Positions 29,228 through 40,299 of a DNA stretch of 64,000 nucleotides are shown here, one piece after another; the stretch's first letter is position 1, and each line of letters starts with the position of its first letter. The DNA comes from an uncultured Rhodospirillaceae bacterium (lineage in GTDB: Bacteria; Pseudomonadota; Alphaproteobacteria; GCA-2731375). The stretch spans positions 23,613 to 87,612 of the forward strand of contig CAZVYX010000007.1 of assembly GCA_964631725.1 (NCBI GenBank), written 5' to 3'. The notes under the pieces were generated by a model. It worked only from the letters and a program-made list of their open reading frames with translations, did not search any database and was not told where the DNA came from. Both the position numbers and the translations under genes were made by a program.

Positions 29228-29920
29228 ATGTGTGGACGCTATAGCCTGACCACCCCGGAAGAGGCCATGCGGCAGCTGTTTGATCTGCCCGCGGCGATGC
29301 TCGGCGCCTGGGCCCAACCGCGCTACAACATCGCACCCAGCCAAATCGCGCCCGTGCTGCGGCGCACGGCAAAGGGCGCGGCGCCCGAATTGGTTGGCAT
29401 GACCTGGGGTCTGATCCCAAGCTGGAGTCGCGACCGGACCGGCGGGCAGATCAATGCGCGCAGCGAAACGGCGGCGGAAAAACCCAGCTTTCGCGATGCC
29501 TATCGCCACCGCCGCTGCCTGGTCCCAACCGACGGCTTTTATGAATGGCAGAAGATTGCCGGCGGCAAGCAACCTTATTGGATCAGCCGGGCGGACGGCG
29601 CGCCCTTTGTCTTTGCCGGCTTGTGGGAAAGCTGGTCCGACGGCCAATCGGCGGAAATCGTAAGTTTCACCATCCTGACCACGGAAGCATCCGAGGCGCT
29701 ACGCCCCATTCATCATCGCATGCCGGTGATAGTTGGAGCTCAGGATTTCAATCTCTGGCTCGACCCCGGCGAAACACCATCGACGGAGTTGTTCGCGCCG
29801 GAACAGGCGCCGCAATTGCAGGCCCGCCCGGTTTCTCGGCGGGTCAACAGTCCCCGCAACGACGATCCGGCCTGTCTCGAAACGGCGCGGATAGAGCCGG
29901 CCCAGGGCAATCTATTCTAG
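29228..29920 (+). CDS. SOS-response-associated peptidase (SRAP/YedK family, abasic-site processing)
   Basis: N-terminal MCGRY.., ..YNIAP.., ..INARSET.. and ..P..GFYEW.. motifs. Confidence 0.85.
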   Translation: MCGRYSLTTPEEAMRQLFDLPAAMLGAWAQPRYNIAPSQIAPVLRRTAKGAAPELVGMTWGLIPSWSRDRTGGQINARSETAAEKPSFRDAYRHRRCLVPTDGFYEWQKIAGGKQPYWISRADGAPFVFAGLWESWSDGQSAEIVSFTILTTEASEALRPIHHRMPVIVGAQDFNLWLDPGETPSTELFAPEQAPQLQARPVSRRVNSPRNDDPACLETARIEPAQGNLF

Positions 29921-29983
29921 CGCATGCCGGGTTTAATCGAACCCACACCCATGCGCTAAAACCTTTGGAATAGCGCGACTTAT

Positions 29984-30003
29984 CCGCATTCAATTGAATG
30001 CGG
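29984..30003. terminator. Bidirectional hairpin CCGCATTC-aatt-GAATGCGG between convergent genes
   Basis: 20-bp perfect palindrome read directly, 64 nt after the SRAP stop and 7 nt before the MFS stop. Confidence 0.55.
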
Positions 30004-30009
30004 GTTGTT

Positions 30010-31170
30010 CTAGCTGATGCCCTGGCGCCGTTCGATAACACCCAGCCAAACCGCCAGGCCAACGCCTATGACGCTACACACGGCCATCAGCCAGTAACTG
30101 CCGGCCCAGCCACCGAAACCGGCGATCATAAAGGCCATCGCGGGCGGCCCGGTCAGGCTGCCGATGTTGGCGCCCTGCACGACAATGCCGTTAACGGTAC
30201 CGACCATGGCGAGGCTGGGCGCATGCGCCGCCGTCCCGGCCAGGACCGCCGCCGGCAGCAATCCGCCAAACAGGTTGAAGGCGAAGGCCAAGGGCAGTTT
30301 CCAGGCTACCGGAACATCGGGCGTAAAGATGCCAGCCCCGCAAAGCAACATAACGACAAATGCCACCAGCAGCAGCCACCAGCGCCGCGCCCCAAGATGC
30401 AGCAGCCAACTCGCCGCCAGATTACCTGCCGCATTGCCCGCGACCACGATCGCCGTCGCCACGCCGGCCTGGGCCGGCGTATGGGCCAAAACCTCGATTA
30501 GATAAGTCGGCAACCAGGACGCAACGGCGAAAAACTGCAGCGCATAAAGCGCGAAACAGAGGCTCATCAACACCGGCCCGGGACGCCAGACCGCCTGGCC
30601 CAAGGTGCGCCATGGCAGCGCCGCCGCCGCCATGGGCACCTGCGGCCAGCGCTGCGGTCCGGTGATCCAGGCAACGGCCAGCAGGCACAGCAGCGCCAAT
30701 GACGCCGCCGCCACCCAAACGCCCTGCCAGCCGAACTCGGCCGCGATTGGCGGCGCGCCCAGGATCGCCAAGGCCATGCCAATAGGCATGAAACTGCCCC
30801 AGGCGCCCATGGCCAAATTGCGTTGCGATAAGGTGGTCGCGACGGCAATAAGGCGCGGCGCCGTCACCACACAGGACAGGAAGGCGACGCTTTCGATTAC
30901 CCGGCAGGACAGCAGCCAGACCGGACCCGGCGCCAACGCACCGGCGTAGCCCGCCAAGGCCATGCCGCCCAGGCCGGCCATCAAAACCCGCCGCGCACCC
31001 ATTTTGTCCGCCATGGCGCCGCCCATGACACCGAACAGGGCGCCGGTCAGATTGAACAGCGAGGCAAGCCAGCCGGCCGCGATCAACGACAGGCCCAATT
31101 CCGCCTGCAACGAGGTGATAAGAGGCGGCACCTTTCCGACCTGCACCGCCGCCACGATGCCGGCAGTCAT
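30010..31170 (-). CDS. MFS transporter
   Basis: 386 aa, about 12 hydrophobic helices, ..GG.MADK.G.RR.. loop motif between TM2 and TM3. Confidence 0.8.
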   Translation of the reverse strand: MTAGIVAAVQVGKVPPLITSLQAELGLSLIAAGWLASLFNLTGALFGVMGGAMADKMGARRVLMAGLGGMALAGYAGALAPGPVWLLSCRVIESVAFLSCVVTAPRLIAVATTLSQRNLAMGAWGSFMPIGMALAILGAPPIAAEFGWQGVWVAAASLALLCLLAVAWITGPQRWPQVPMAAAALPWRTLGQAVWRPGPVLMSLCFALYALQFFAVASWLPTYLIEVLAHTPAQAGVATAIVVAGNAAGNLAASWLLHLGARRWWLLLVAFVVMLLCGAGIFTPDVPVAWKLPLAFAFNLFGGLLPAAVLAGTAAHAPSLAMVGTVNGIVVQGANIGSLTGPPAMAFMIAGFGGWAGSYWLMAVCSVIGVGLAVWLGVIERRQGIS

Positions 31171-31238
31171 CGCGATTATGACGACGCCCCAGCGGCTTCG
31201 CCCAGGCGATACAGCCTCGCCCTGGCCCGTGCCGGAGA

Positions 31239-32702
31239 TTAGACCACCTTGCCCGGGTTCATGATGTTCGAGGGATCCAGGGCTTCCTTCACTGTCCGCA
31301 TCAGGTCGACCTCAACGTCGGATTTATAGCGTTTAGCCTCGTCCCGGCGCAGCCGGCCCAGGCCATGCTCGGCGGAGATGGAACCATTCAGCTCCGTTAT
31401 CAGATCATGCACGATGCGGTTGATGGCGCCATATTCCGCCGCGAAATCCGCGCCGGCCTTTTCACCGTCGCCGGTGACGGGCTGTACTGGGTTGTAGTGC
31501 ATATTGCCGTCGCCCACGTGGCCGAAGGCAACACAGCGAACCCCGGGATACGCAGCCTCCAGCAACTGGTCCGCCCGTTCGAGAAATTCGGCAATCCTTG
31601 ATATGGGCACGGAAACATCATGCTTGACCGACTGGCCCTCATGATTTTGCGCCTCGGGGATCGACTCGCGGATTTTCCATAGCGCCTCGCCCTGGGCCCG
31701 GTTGGCCGCCAATACCGCGTCCAGGACCTCTCCCGCCGCCAAGCCATCGCCCAGCAGCGCCTCGACCGGCTCGCGCAGGCTGTCCGGCGCGCCCTGGCCG
31801 GACACCTCCATCAGCACATACCAGGGATGCACCTCGGCAAAGGGATCGCTCATGCCGGGAACATGCTGCAAAACAAAATCAATGGGCCGGCGCTGGATCA
31901 GTTCGAAGGCCGTCACTTGTTCACCGACGCATTCCGTGGCCCGGCTCAACAAGGCCAGGGACGCCTTCGGATCCGGCACCGCCACCAGGGCCGTCTGAAC
32001 TTCGGTAGGCTTTGGAAATAGCTTCAGGACCGCCGCGGTGATCATGCCCAGGGTACCTTCGGCACCGATGAACAACTGTTTCAGATCATAGCCTGTATTG
32101 TCCTTGCGCAAGCCGCGCAGCCCGTCCCAAATCCGCCCATCAGGCAGAACCACTTCCAGGCCCAGCACCATGTTCCGCGCGTTGCCATAGCGCAATACTT
32201 GGGTACCGCCGGCGTTGGTCGACAGATTGCCGCCAATCTGACAGGAACCTTCCGCCGCCAGGGACAGCGGGAACAGACGGTCGGCGTCCGAGGCCGCGGC
32301 CTGCAGATCGGCCAGGATGCAGCCCGCCTCCACCGTCATGGTGTTGTTCAATACGTCGATCTCCCGCACCTTGTTCATGCGCGAGGTGGAAATAATAATC
32401 TCGGTGCCGTCGGCGTGGGGCTGCGAGCCGCCGGTCAGGCCCGTATTGCCCCCTTGCGGTACGATCGGCGTGCCGCTGTCGGCGCAGATCGACACCACGG
32501 CGGCGACTTCGTCCACATTGGCCGGCTTCACCACCATGGGCACCCAGCCGTGCCAATTGTCACGCCAGGATTGGCAATGGGGCTCAATTTCCGATGGCTC
32601 CATGGTGAAGCCCTTGGGGCCCACGGCCGCCTTGATGCGCTCCAGCACCGCCTCGTCCACGGCATTCGGCCGCGCGCCCTTTATTTCACTATTCGCTTGC
32701 AT
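31239..32702 (-). CDS. FAD-linked oxidase (GlcD / D-lactate or D-2-hydroxyacid dehydrogenase-like)
   Basis: ..P.VVV.P....EV...V......G..IVPQGGNTGL.GG.. FAD-binding PCMH domain and C-terminal ..G.ISAEHG.G.. motif. Confidence 0.85.
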   Translation of the reverse strand: MQANSEIKGARPNAVDEAVLERIKAAVGPKGFTMEPSEIEPHCQSWRDNWHGWVPMVVKPANVDEVAAVVSICADSGTPIVPQGGNTGLTGGSQPHADGTEIIISTSRMNKVREIDVLNNTMTVEAGCILADLQAAASDADRLFPLSLAAEGSCQIGGNLSTNAGGTQVLRYGNARNMVLGLEVVLPDGRIWDGLRGLRKDNTGYDLKQLFIGAEGTLGMITAAVLKLFPKPTEVQTALVAVPDPKASLALLSRATECVGEQVTAFELIQRRPIDFVLQHVPGMSDPFAEVHPWYVLMEVSGQGAPDSLREPVEALLGDGLAAGEVLDAVLAANRAQGEALWKIRESIPEAQNHEGQSVKHDVSVPISRIAEFLERADQLLEAAYPGVRCVAFGHVGDGNMHYNPVQPVTGDGEKAGADFAAEYGAINRIVHDLITELNGSISAEHGLGRLRRDEAKRYKSDVEVDLMRTVKEALDPSNIMNPGKVV

Positions 32703-32753
32703 AAGATTGATGTAACGCCTTTTTCACCACGCAACAAGCTCCCGCCGGCACGA

Positions 32754-33713
32754 CTATGCCGGCGATGGGGGGCGCGGCGCGGCGGCGCGGCGCAAACGGT
32801 CATTGATGGCCCGGCCCAAACCTTCCTCGGGAATGGGCGCCACGGCGATGGCCGCGCCTGGCCCTTGGTCCAGCAGCCGCAGTTCGGCGAACAGCCTGGC
32901 CGCCGCCTCGATCAGGTCGCCCTTGGGGCTCAAATTATGCCCTTCAGTGAAGTCCGGGCCAAAGCCGAGGAGGACCTCGCCCGGCCCGGCCGCCGCCGCG
33001 TTCAGGCGCAACGCCTTGCCCGGTGCATAATGACTGGCCAACTGACCGGGGGCGCTGGGACTATCGGCGTTGTCCGATCCCGCCGCCACCTCGCCGACCG
33101 CCGCCTCCAGCCGTTCCTTGGAAATTCCGCCGGGCCGCAACAGCACCGGCCGTCCGGATTGAAACCCGACAACGGTGCTTTCCAGACCGATTTCACACGG
33201 ACCGCCATCCAGGATCAACGCCACCCTGTCACCCAATTCCTGGTTCACATGTTCCGCCGTGGTCGGACTGATACGGCCCGAGCGGTTGGCGGAAGGCGCG
33301 GCGATGGGGCGCTTCACCGCCGCCAGCAAGGCATGCGCGTCGGGATGGCTGGGCACCCGCAAGGCAACACTGTCCAGTCCGGCGGAGGCGATAAGGGCGA
33401 TGGCGCAATCGGGCCGCCGTGGCAGGACCAGCGTCAGCGCACCGGGCCAGAAGGCATCCGCCAGGGCCCACGCCGTATCATTCCACAGGGCGAAATCCCC
33501 GACCGCGCCGACATCCGCCAGATGCGCGATGAGCGGGTTAAAGGCAGGCCGCTGCTTGGCCGCGAAGATCGCCGCCACCGCCGCGCCGTTGGTCGCGTCG
33601 GCCCCCAGGCCATAGACGGTTTCGGTGGGAAAGGCCACCAGTTCGCCCTGACGCAACAACGCCGCCGCCCTGGCCCGGTCTTCCGCCCTGTCAGCGCGGC
33701 CAATGGGCGCCAT
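32754..33713 (-). CDS. L-threonylcarbamoyladenylate synthase (Sua5/YwlC long form)
   Basis: ..G.LVAFPTETVYGLGADA.., ..K.RP..NPLI.H.., ..ALRVP.HP.. and ..PI.APSAN.SG..SPT.. motifs, plus a Sua5 C-terminal domain. Confidence 0.85.
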   Translation of the reverse strand: MAPIGRADRAEDRARAAALLRQGELVAFPTETVYGLGADATNGAAVAAIFAAKQRPAFNPLIAHLADVGAVGDFALWNDTAWALADAFWPGALTLVLPRRPDCAIALIASAGLDSVALRVPSHPDAHALLAAVKRPIAAPSANRSGRISPTTAEHVNQELGDRVALILDGGPCEIGLESTVVGFQSGRPVLLRPGGISKERLEAAVGEVAAGSDNADSPSAPGQLASHYAPGKALRLNAAAAGPGEVLLGFGPDFTEGHNLSPKGDLIEAAARLFAELRLLDQGPGAAIAVAPIPEEGLGRAINDRLRRAAAPRPPSPA

Positions 33714-33722
33714 GACGTCCGC

Positions 33723-34565
33723 TCACGGCTCCATATCGACGGTGGTCAGATGGTGCAGCACCGCCTCGGCCGTCAATTTTCCATGGCCGTCAACACAGCG
33801 ATACATGCGGCGTTCGGGATCGCTGAACAGAGACAATTCGTCGTCCCAGAAAACCGGCCGCAAAAACCGCGTCTCCAGATCCATTTCCCACGGCATTGCC
33901 CGCGCCACGATGGCGCCGTGCATGGCGGTCAGTTGCATCGGGCCCTGGGCCAGGGGCGTTCGATAACCCCGCGAGGCGGCAAATTCCGGATCGAAATGGA
34001 TTTGATTGCCGGCCTCCTCGGAATATCCCATGACCTTTTCCGGACTCAATTTCAAACTGCCCACGGCCGCCATGCCAGCGCGCGGATCTTCCGCCCCGCC
34101 GGCTGGTTTTTTTCCCGGCATTTTCGCGCCGGGCGCCGGCACCTCGTCAAAGGGCAAAAGATGCTCCGTCATCATGCGCAAGGGCACGGTTTGATTGGCC
34201 CGGCGAAATGCGATGTGGCAATTCAGATAGCGGCCCCGTGGTCCCTCGCCGTAGGGTCCAACTTCCGCTTCGACAGACAATATCTCGCCAAGGGCAACGC
34301 GGCCGGTCTGAAACAGGCGCTGGCGGACCAGGATGCGGCCGTCATTGGGCAGGCCGGCCTTGGCGATGGCGCGGAAGACATCCTGGGCAAATATCGAAAT
34401 ATCGGCGGTGCCGGCAAAGACTGCGCCGTTGATGTCCGTCGTCTGGTGATAGCGGTCCTGCCGGGCCTGGTCCACGAGGGCGGAAAAGACCGGAAAACGG
34501 GTTCCCACCGGGGCCGCGTCATAGGCGTTCAAGGCGCCGGATAGAGGTTTTGCCTGATCGTTCAT
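33723..34565 (-). CDS. MaoC-like (double hotdog) dehydratase-family protein
   Basis: C-terminal half carries ..NQIHFDPEFAASRGYRTPLAQG.. (hydratase 2 motif). The N-terminal half is a degenerate hotdog. Confidence 0.6.
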   Translation of the reverse strand: MNDQAKPLSGALNAYDAAPVGTRFPVFSALVDQARQDRYHQTTDINGAVFAGTADISIFAQDVFRAIAKAGLPNDGRILVRQRLFQTGRVALGEILSVEAEVGPYGEGPRGRYLNCHIAFRRANQTVPLRMMTEHLLPFDEVPAPGAKMPGKKPAGGAEDPRAGMAAVGSLKLSPEKVMGYSEEAGNQIHFDPEFAASRGYRTPLAQGPMQLTAMHGAIVARAMPWEMDLETRFLRPVFWDDELSLFSDPERRMYRCVDGHGKLTAEAVLHHLTTVDMEP

Positions 34566-34683
34566 TTGGGCTTTCTTTTGCCGGCCGCGGAACTGGAAAA
34601 TCTTGCCGTTGCCTTTCCGGGGAGAGATAGCATATTACGCAGCGGACAGGTGAAATTCCAACAATCGATTAGGTTTCGAGATC

Positions 34684-36483
<1,800 letters not shown>

Positions 36484-36707
36484 CGGCGGCGAAATAATCG
36501 ATTCGATTGGATAATCTCTCGAACGCGACATTATTGCCCGAACATAAACCGTTATTTTTCATATAGTTACAACGACTACTTGTAGCTCAGATTCTGAACT
36601 CTACAATATTTAGGCAGGGTGAAGGTGAGCAAGTAACCGTAGACGTTTAGCCTGAAAGTCTAGGCAAGGACCGCTCACCTCGGAACGGCTCAAGCAAGAG
36701 GGGCAAG

Positions 36708-37382
36708 ATGCGGAACCTTCTTTCGCGGGTGCAGGTCAACATTGGGCGGCAATTGCTGTTGAATGACTTGGTCGCCACGATCGAGACTGATTTCGAGGAA
36801 TATGGTCAGGTCGTCGACTCCGCGCCGGCTTGGCATGATAAGCGGGTCGCGCCGACCGACCCGGATCACAACACACTTGGGCCGAAGAATGCCTATTGGG
36901 TCGCCATCCGGGACGAGGCGGGCGAAGTCATGACCTGCTCGGCCCAACGGATCTGGCCGAAATCCCGCTTGGTGGACCTGATCAATTCCGGACGTTTCCT
37001 GTACGACGGCACCAAGGATGAGGGCCAGGACAGCCTGCATTTGTTTACCGAAGGGCTTGGCCATATTCAGGGCAACATCGCCTATTGCGGCGGCGGCTGG
37101 GTTCACCCCAAGGTCAGGGGCAAGGCCATGGCGACCATGGCGATCATGCTGGCACAGGCCAAGATGCTGCAGGATTTCGATGTCGACTATTGCTTTTCAA
37201 TGGTCCGGCCGGACTTTATTGAGAAGGGCATGGCACTTCGTACCTATCGCTACTACCACATGGATTTTGGCGCCACCCTGTGGCGGGCGGAGATGGGCGA
37301 GCGGATCGATTTCTGGGTCCTGCACAACAGCCGGGCGGATCTGATGCGTGAAATGACCCTATGGGTCAATGCTTCCGACTAG
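36708..37382 (+). CDS. Hypothetical protein with a possible GNAT-like acyl-CoA-binding motif
   Basis: 224 aa. ..AYCGGGWVHPKVRGKAMATMAIMLA.. resembles GNAT motif A (V.P..RG.G/A). No other motif recognised. GC looks lower than in the neighbours. Confidence 0.45.
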   Translation: MRNLLSRVQVNIGRQLLLNDLVATIETDFEEYGQVVDSAPAWHDKRVAPTDPDHNTLGPKNAYWVAIRDEAGEVMTCSAQRIWPKSRLVDLINSGRFLYDGTKDEGQDSLHLFTEGLGHIQGNIAYCGGGWVHPKVRGKAMATMAIMLAQAKMLQDFDVDYCFSMVRPDFIEKGMALRTYRYYHMDFGATLWRAEMGERIDFWVLHNSRADLMREMTLWVNASD

Positions 37383-37472
37383 GGCAGCCGCGAGGTTAGA
37401 GCAATTTTTAGTTAGTCAGAGTCGCTTTCGCGACTTAGGTAATTGGTTCAATTGCTCATTTCTTAAGAGTCC

Positions 37473-37497
37473 GGGCATGTTTAGAAGAAACATGCCC
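37473..37497. terminator. Bidirectional hairpin GGGCATGTTT-agaag-AAACATGCCC
   Basis: 10-bp perfect stem between convergent genes. It overlaps the stop of the minus-strand gene. Confidence 0.6.
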
Positions 37498-37973
37498 TAG
37501 GAGCGTTCGATCTCGGCTGACAGGGTGACAAGGCGGTCGATGTTGTCTGCTTTATTGACCGTTGGGAATATGATCCGGTCATAGCTGATTTCAACGCCGT
37601 CGAAGCTACCGACAATATGGTGGGCCAACGGCTCCCGCGCGGCGATGGCTTCGCTGAAGCAGGTGATTATTACCTGGGTCACATCCTTGTCCGGTATCTC
37701 GTGCATGCGGCGGGCGACGAAGTTGCGGTCGTCGTAGACATGGAAGTCGCCGCCGAAGAAGGCGAACACATAGTTCATCGGATCGTCCGCATCGGTGGCC
37801 ACCACGGACGAGCGCCCATTGAGGATTTCCGGCGCGCCGACCAACGGCCCGAAGCCAAGCTCCTCTCGTCGGTAAAGTCCCCCCCGACCACAAAGTTGGT
37901 ACCAACGCTCCAGCGCGGTTCCCAACAGCGGATCTCGGATCTTTTCCAACCCTATGTGTTCTACTCTGACCAT
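37497..37973 (-). CDS. PAS_5 (DUF1457)-like small protein
   Basis: 158 aa. ..L...W..L......R.E......G.P.IL...S.V.....D..NYVF.FFGG.. resembles my memory of alphaproteobacterial PAS_5 proteins. Not verified. Confidence 0.45.
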   Translation of the reverse strand: MVRVEHIGLEKIRDPLLGTALERWYQLCGRGGLYRREELGFGPLVGAPEILNGRSSVVATDADDPMNYVFAFFGGDFHVYDDRNFVARRMHEIPDKDVTQVIITCFSEAIAAREPLAHHIVGSFDGVEISYDRIIFPTVNKADNIDRLVTLSAEIERS

Positions 37974-38084
37974 AATTCGCGTTACCCTAGTTTACGAAAA
38001 AGTTAACTGCAAGAGTTTGATTTCGTTAACAATTTAATTTCCCGGCTCCTTTCTTTCCAAAGCCTGCCCCTTTGCCGGAGAAAT

Positions 38085-38117
38085 TGACCCACAGGCTTAC
38101 CCACAGAGATACTCACA
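38085..38117 (+). promoter_or_regulatory. Three DnaA-box-like 9-mers phased at 12 bp
   Basis: TGACCCACA-ggc-TTACCCACA-gag-ATACTCACA on the plus strand, in the divergent region between the PAS_5-like and MBL genes. 18 of 23 positions match the gcrA-upstream array. Confidence 0.35.
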
Positions 38118-38221
38118 ATACGAGAATCGCGCGAAATTCGACGAACAACAGCCGTGCGCCGGCGCCGCGCCATGAGGCCGGCCGGCGCCATCACCTCGGC
38201 CGCGCCGCAACACCCTTGCAT

Positions 38222-38237
38222 TTGACGTTTACGTCAA
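38222..38237. promoter_or_regulatory. Inverted repeat TTGACGT-tt-ACGTCAA upstream of the MBL-dgo operon
   Basis: 7-bp arms read directly, about 100 nt upstream of the ATG at 38340. TTGACG could also serve as a -35 element. Confidence 0.3.
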
Positions 38238-38339
38238 CGTTAAGTTAGCATAGTGATAGTACACTCCATGTCATTGGTAGCTACATAATGGGGGCGGCGG
38301 TGGTCCGCCGGCAGGCAGTCCCTATACGAAAGGCATTTT

Positions 38340-39398
38340 ATGGTCGCCGAAAACGAAGTCGAATACCCTTACGAAGATGCGGCCGAGCTGGGCCAGCCAC
38401 TGGAAGTGGCCCCCGGTGTTTTCTGGCTGCGAATGCCATTGGAATTGACCGGCCTGGATCACATCAATCTATGGTTGCTGCGCGATGGCGCGGGTTGGAG
38501 CATCGTCGACACCGGCATGAAGTCGGACCGAATTCACGAATTATTGGAAGGCGTTTTTGAAAATTTTCTCGATGGTTTGCCCATCACCAGGGTTTTCTGC
38601 ACCCACTTCCACCCCGATCATATTGGCCAGGCGGGCTGGTTGACCCGGCGCTGGAAGTGCGATTTGTGGATGACCCATCGCGAATGGTTGCAGGGCCGCG
38701 TCGCCGAACTGGACCATCACGACAAGATGCCAGATTGGCAATTGCAGTTTTTCCGCCACCTTGGCCTGTCGAAGTCGGCCCTGGGCGCAATGGCCGAAAC
38801 CCGGTACGACCATTTTCAGCAATCGGTGACAGCACTTCCGCCGCAAGTATATTCCGTGCGCGCGGGCCAGGAAATCCGCATCGGTGACGATGACTGGCAG
38901 GTCATCGTCGGGCGGGGCCATTCGCCGGAACATATGTGCCTGTTCAATCACAAAACCCGGGTGCTGATCTCCGGTGATCAGATCCTGCCCAGGATCACGC
39001 CGCATATTGGCCTGCATGCCTCGGAACCGGCGGCCAATCCCCTGCAGCTGTACCTGGATACGCTGGCCAATTTTGACCATCTGCCGGCCGATACCCTGGT
39101 CCTGCCGGCCCATGGCCTGCCGTTTTATCGGCTGCATCCGCGTCTGGCCTTTTTGCGCGAACATCATGCGCAACGATTGTCGACGCTGGAGGAATTCTGT
39201 GTCGAGCCAACCCGTGTTCTATCGACCCTGAAGGTGATGTTTCAACGGGAACTGAACCCGTTCGAGGCGCTGCTGGGCATGAGCGAGGCGCTAGCCCATC
39301 TGCACTGTCTGATGGGACAGGGCCGCATCGTCCGGGAAACCTCCGACGATGGGGTCTGGCTATATAAAGCCAGCGGCCGGCGGGCGGATGCCGCCTGA
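38340..39398 (+). CDS. MBL-fold metallo-hydrolase
   Basis: ..VFCTHFHPDHIG.. (HxHxDH) and downstream ..GHSPEH.. 352 aa. Confidence 0.8.
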   Translation: MVAENEVEYPYEDAAELGQPLEVAPGVFWLRMPLELTGLDHINLWLLRDGAGWSIVDTGMKSDRIHELLEGVFENFLDGLPITRVFCTHFHPDHIGQAGWLTRRWKCDLWMTHREWLQGRVAELDHHDKMPDWQLQFFRHLGLSKSALGAMAETRYDHFQQSVTALPPQVYSVRAGQEIRIGDDDWQVIVGRGHSPEHMCLFNHKTRVLISGDQILPRITPHIGLHASEPAANPLQLYLDTLANFDHLPADTLVLPAHGLPFYRLHPRLAFLREHHAQRLSTLEEFCVEPTRVLSTLKVMFQRELNPFEALLGMSEALAHLHCLMGQGRIVRETSDDGVWLYKASGRRADAA

Positions 39399-40299
39399 GG
39401 CGGCGCTCCTGGGGCTGGACTGGGGCACAACCAGTCTGCGCGGCTATCTGATCGGCGCGGATGGCGCTGTGCTGGCGGAAAGATCAGCCGAGGCCGGCAT
39501 CCTGCAAATCCAAAACGGCGCCTTCGCCGGGGCACTAAACGATCTGGCCGGCGATTGGCTGACCGGCAACCCCACCCTGCCCATCATCGCCTCGGGCATG
39601 ATCGGATCGCGCCAGGGCTGGGTGGAAGTGCCTTACGTGGACCTTCCGGCAAGCACCGCCAGGTTGACCCTTTATGTCCATGACGGCTTCGAACGGCCGA
39701 TCCATTTCGTCCCCGGCCTGACCAGGCGCGACGGCGGCGGCGTACCGGACGTAATCCGCGGCGAGGAAACGCAAATTATCGGCGCCGGCGGGGAGGTCTT
39801 GCAAGATGGCCTTTACCTGTTGCCGGGCAGTCACAGCAAATGGGCCGAGGTGAAGGACGGAAGCATCATCTGGTTCGCCACCTTCATGACCGGCGAACTG
39901 TTCGCGGCCCTGAAGGACCACACGATCCTGGGCCGGATGATGGCGGGAGATGCGGAAAACGAGGCCGCTTTCCGGCGCGGCGTTGAATACAGCCGAGGCG
40001 CCGGCGGCACGCTGCAACGGCTGTTCAGCGCCCGCACATTGGCGCTGTTCGGCGAACTGCCGGAAACCGGCGTGGCGGCCTATCTTTCGGGCCTGCTGAT
40101 CGGGGCGGAAATTGCCGAAGCCCGGGCCCTGGTGCAATATCCCGACAGCATGATCATGATCATCGGCAGCGCGGATCTATCGCGGCGCTATCAGACCGCC
40201 CTGTCCATATGCGCCTGGCCGGCGGACTTGGCGCCCGCCGGCGCCGCGGCGCGCGGCCATTGGCGCATTGCAGCCGCCGCCGGGCTTATATCGCGATGA
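39388..40299 (+). CDS. dgoK: 2-dehydro-3-deoxygalactonokinase
   Basis: ..LGLDWGTT.LR.., ..IRGEETQIIG.., ..PG.HSKW.., ..MTGELF.. and ..LSGLLIGAE.. parallel E. coli DgoK. ATG at 39388 overlaps the upstream gene by 11 nt. Confidence 0.8.
   Translation: MPPEAALLGLDWGTTSLRGYLIGADGAVLAERSAEAGILQIQNGAFAGALNDLAGDWLTGNPTLPIIASGMIGSRQGWVEVPYVDLPASTARLTLYVHDGFERPIHFVPGLTRRDGGGVPDVIRGEETQIIGAGGEVLQDGLYLLPGSHSKWAEVKDGSIIWFATFMTGELFAALKDHTILGRMMAGDAENEAAFRRGVEYSRGAGGTLQRLFSARTLALFGELPETGVAAYLSGLLIGAEIAEARALVQYPDSMIMIIGSADLSRRYQTALSICAWPADLAPAGAAARGHWRIAAAAGLISR

Noticed and set aside
32199-34544. Very long plus-strand ORF (781 aa) and similar long ORFs, for example 3402-4856 (+), 12553-13584 (-), 15426-16571 (+), 21433-22560 (+), 45116-46360 (+), 46593-47624 (-) and 58058-59263 (+).
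   Set aside because: Each lies antisense to a gene with clear family motifs. Their translations are Arg/Gly/His/Ala/Pro-rich with no recognisable domains. Long shadow ORFs like these are expected in high-GC DNA.
38003-38221. 72-aa minus-strand ORF in the divergent intergenic region.
   Set aside because: It is Arg-rich and low in complexity, with no RBS or recognisable motif. It overlaps the DnaA-box-like array and the likely promoter region.
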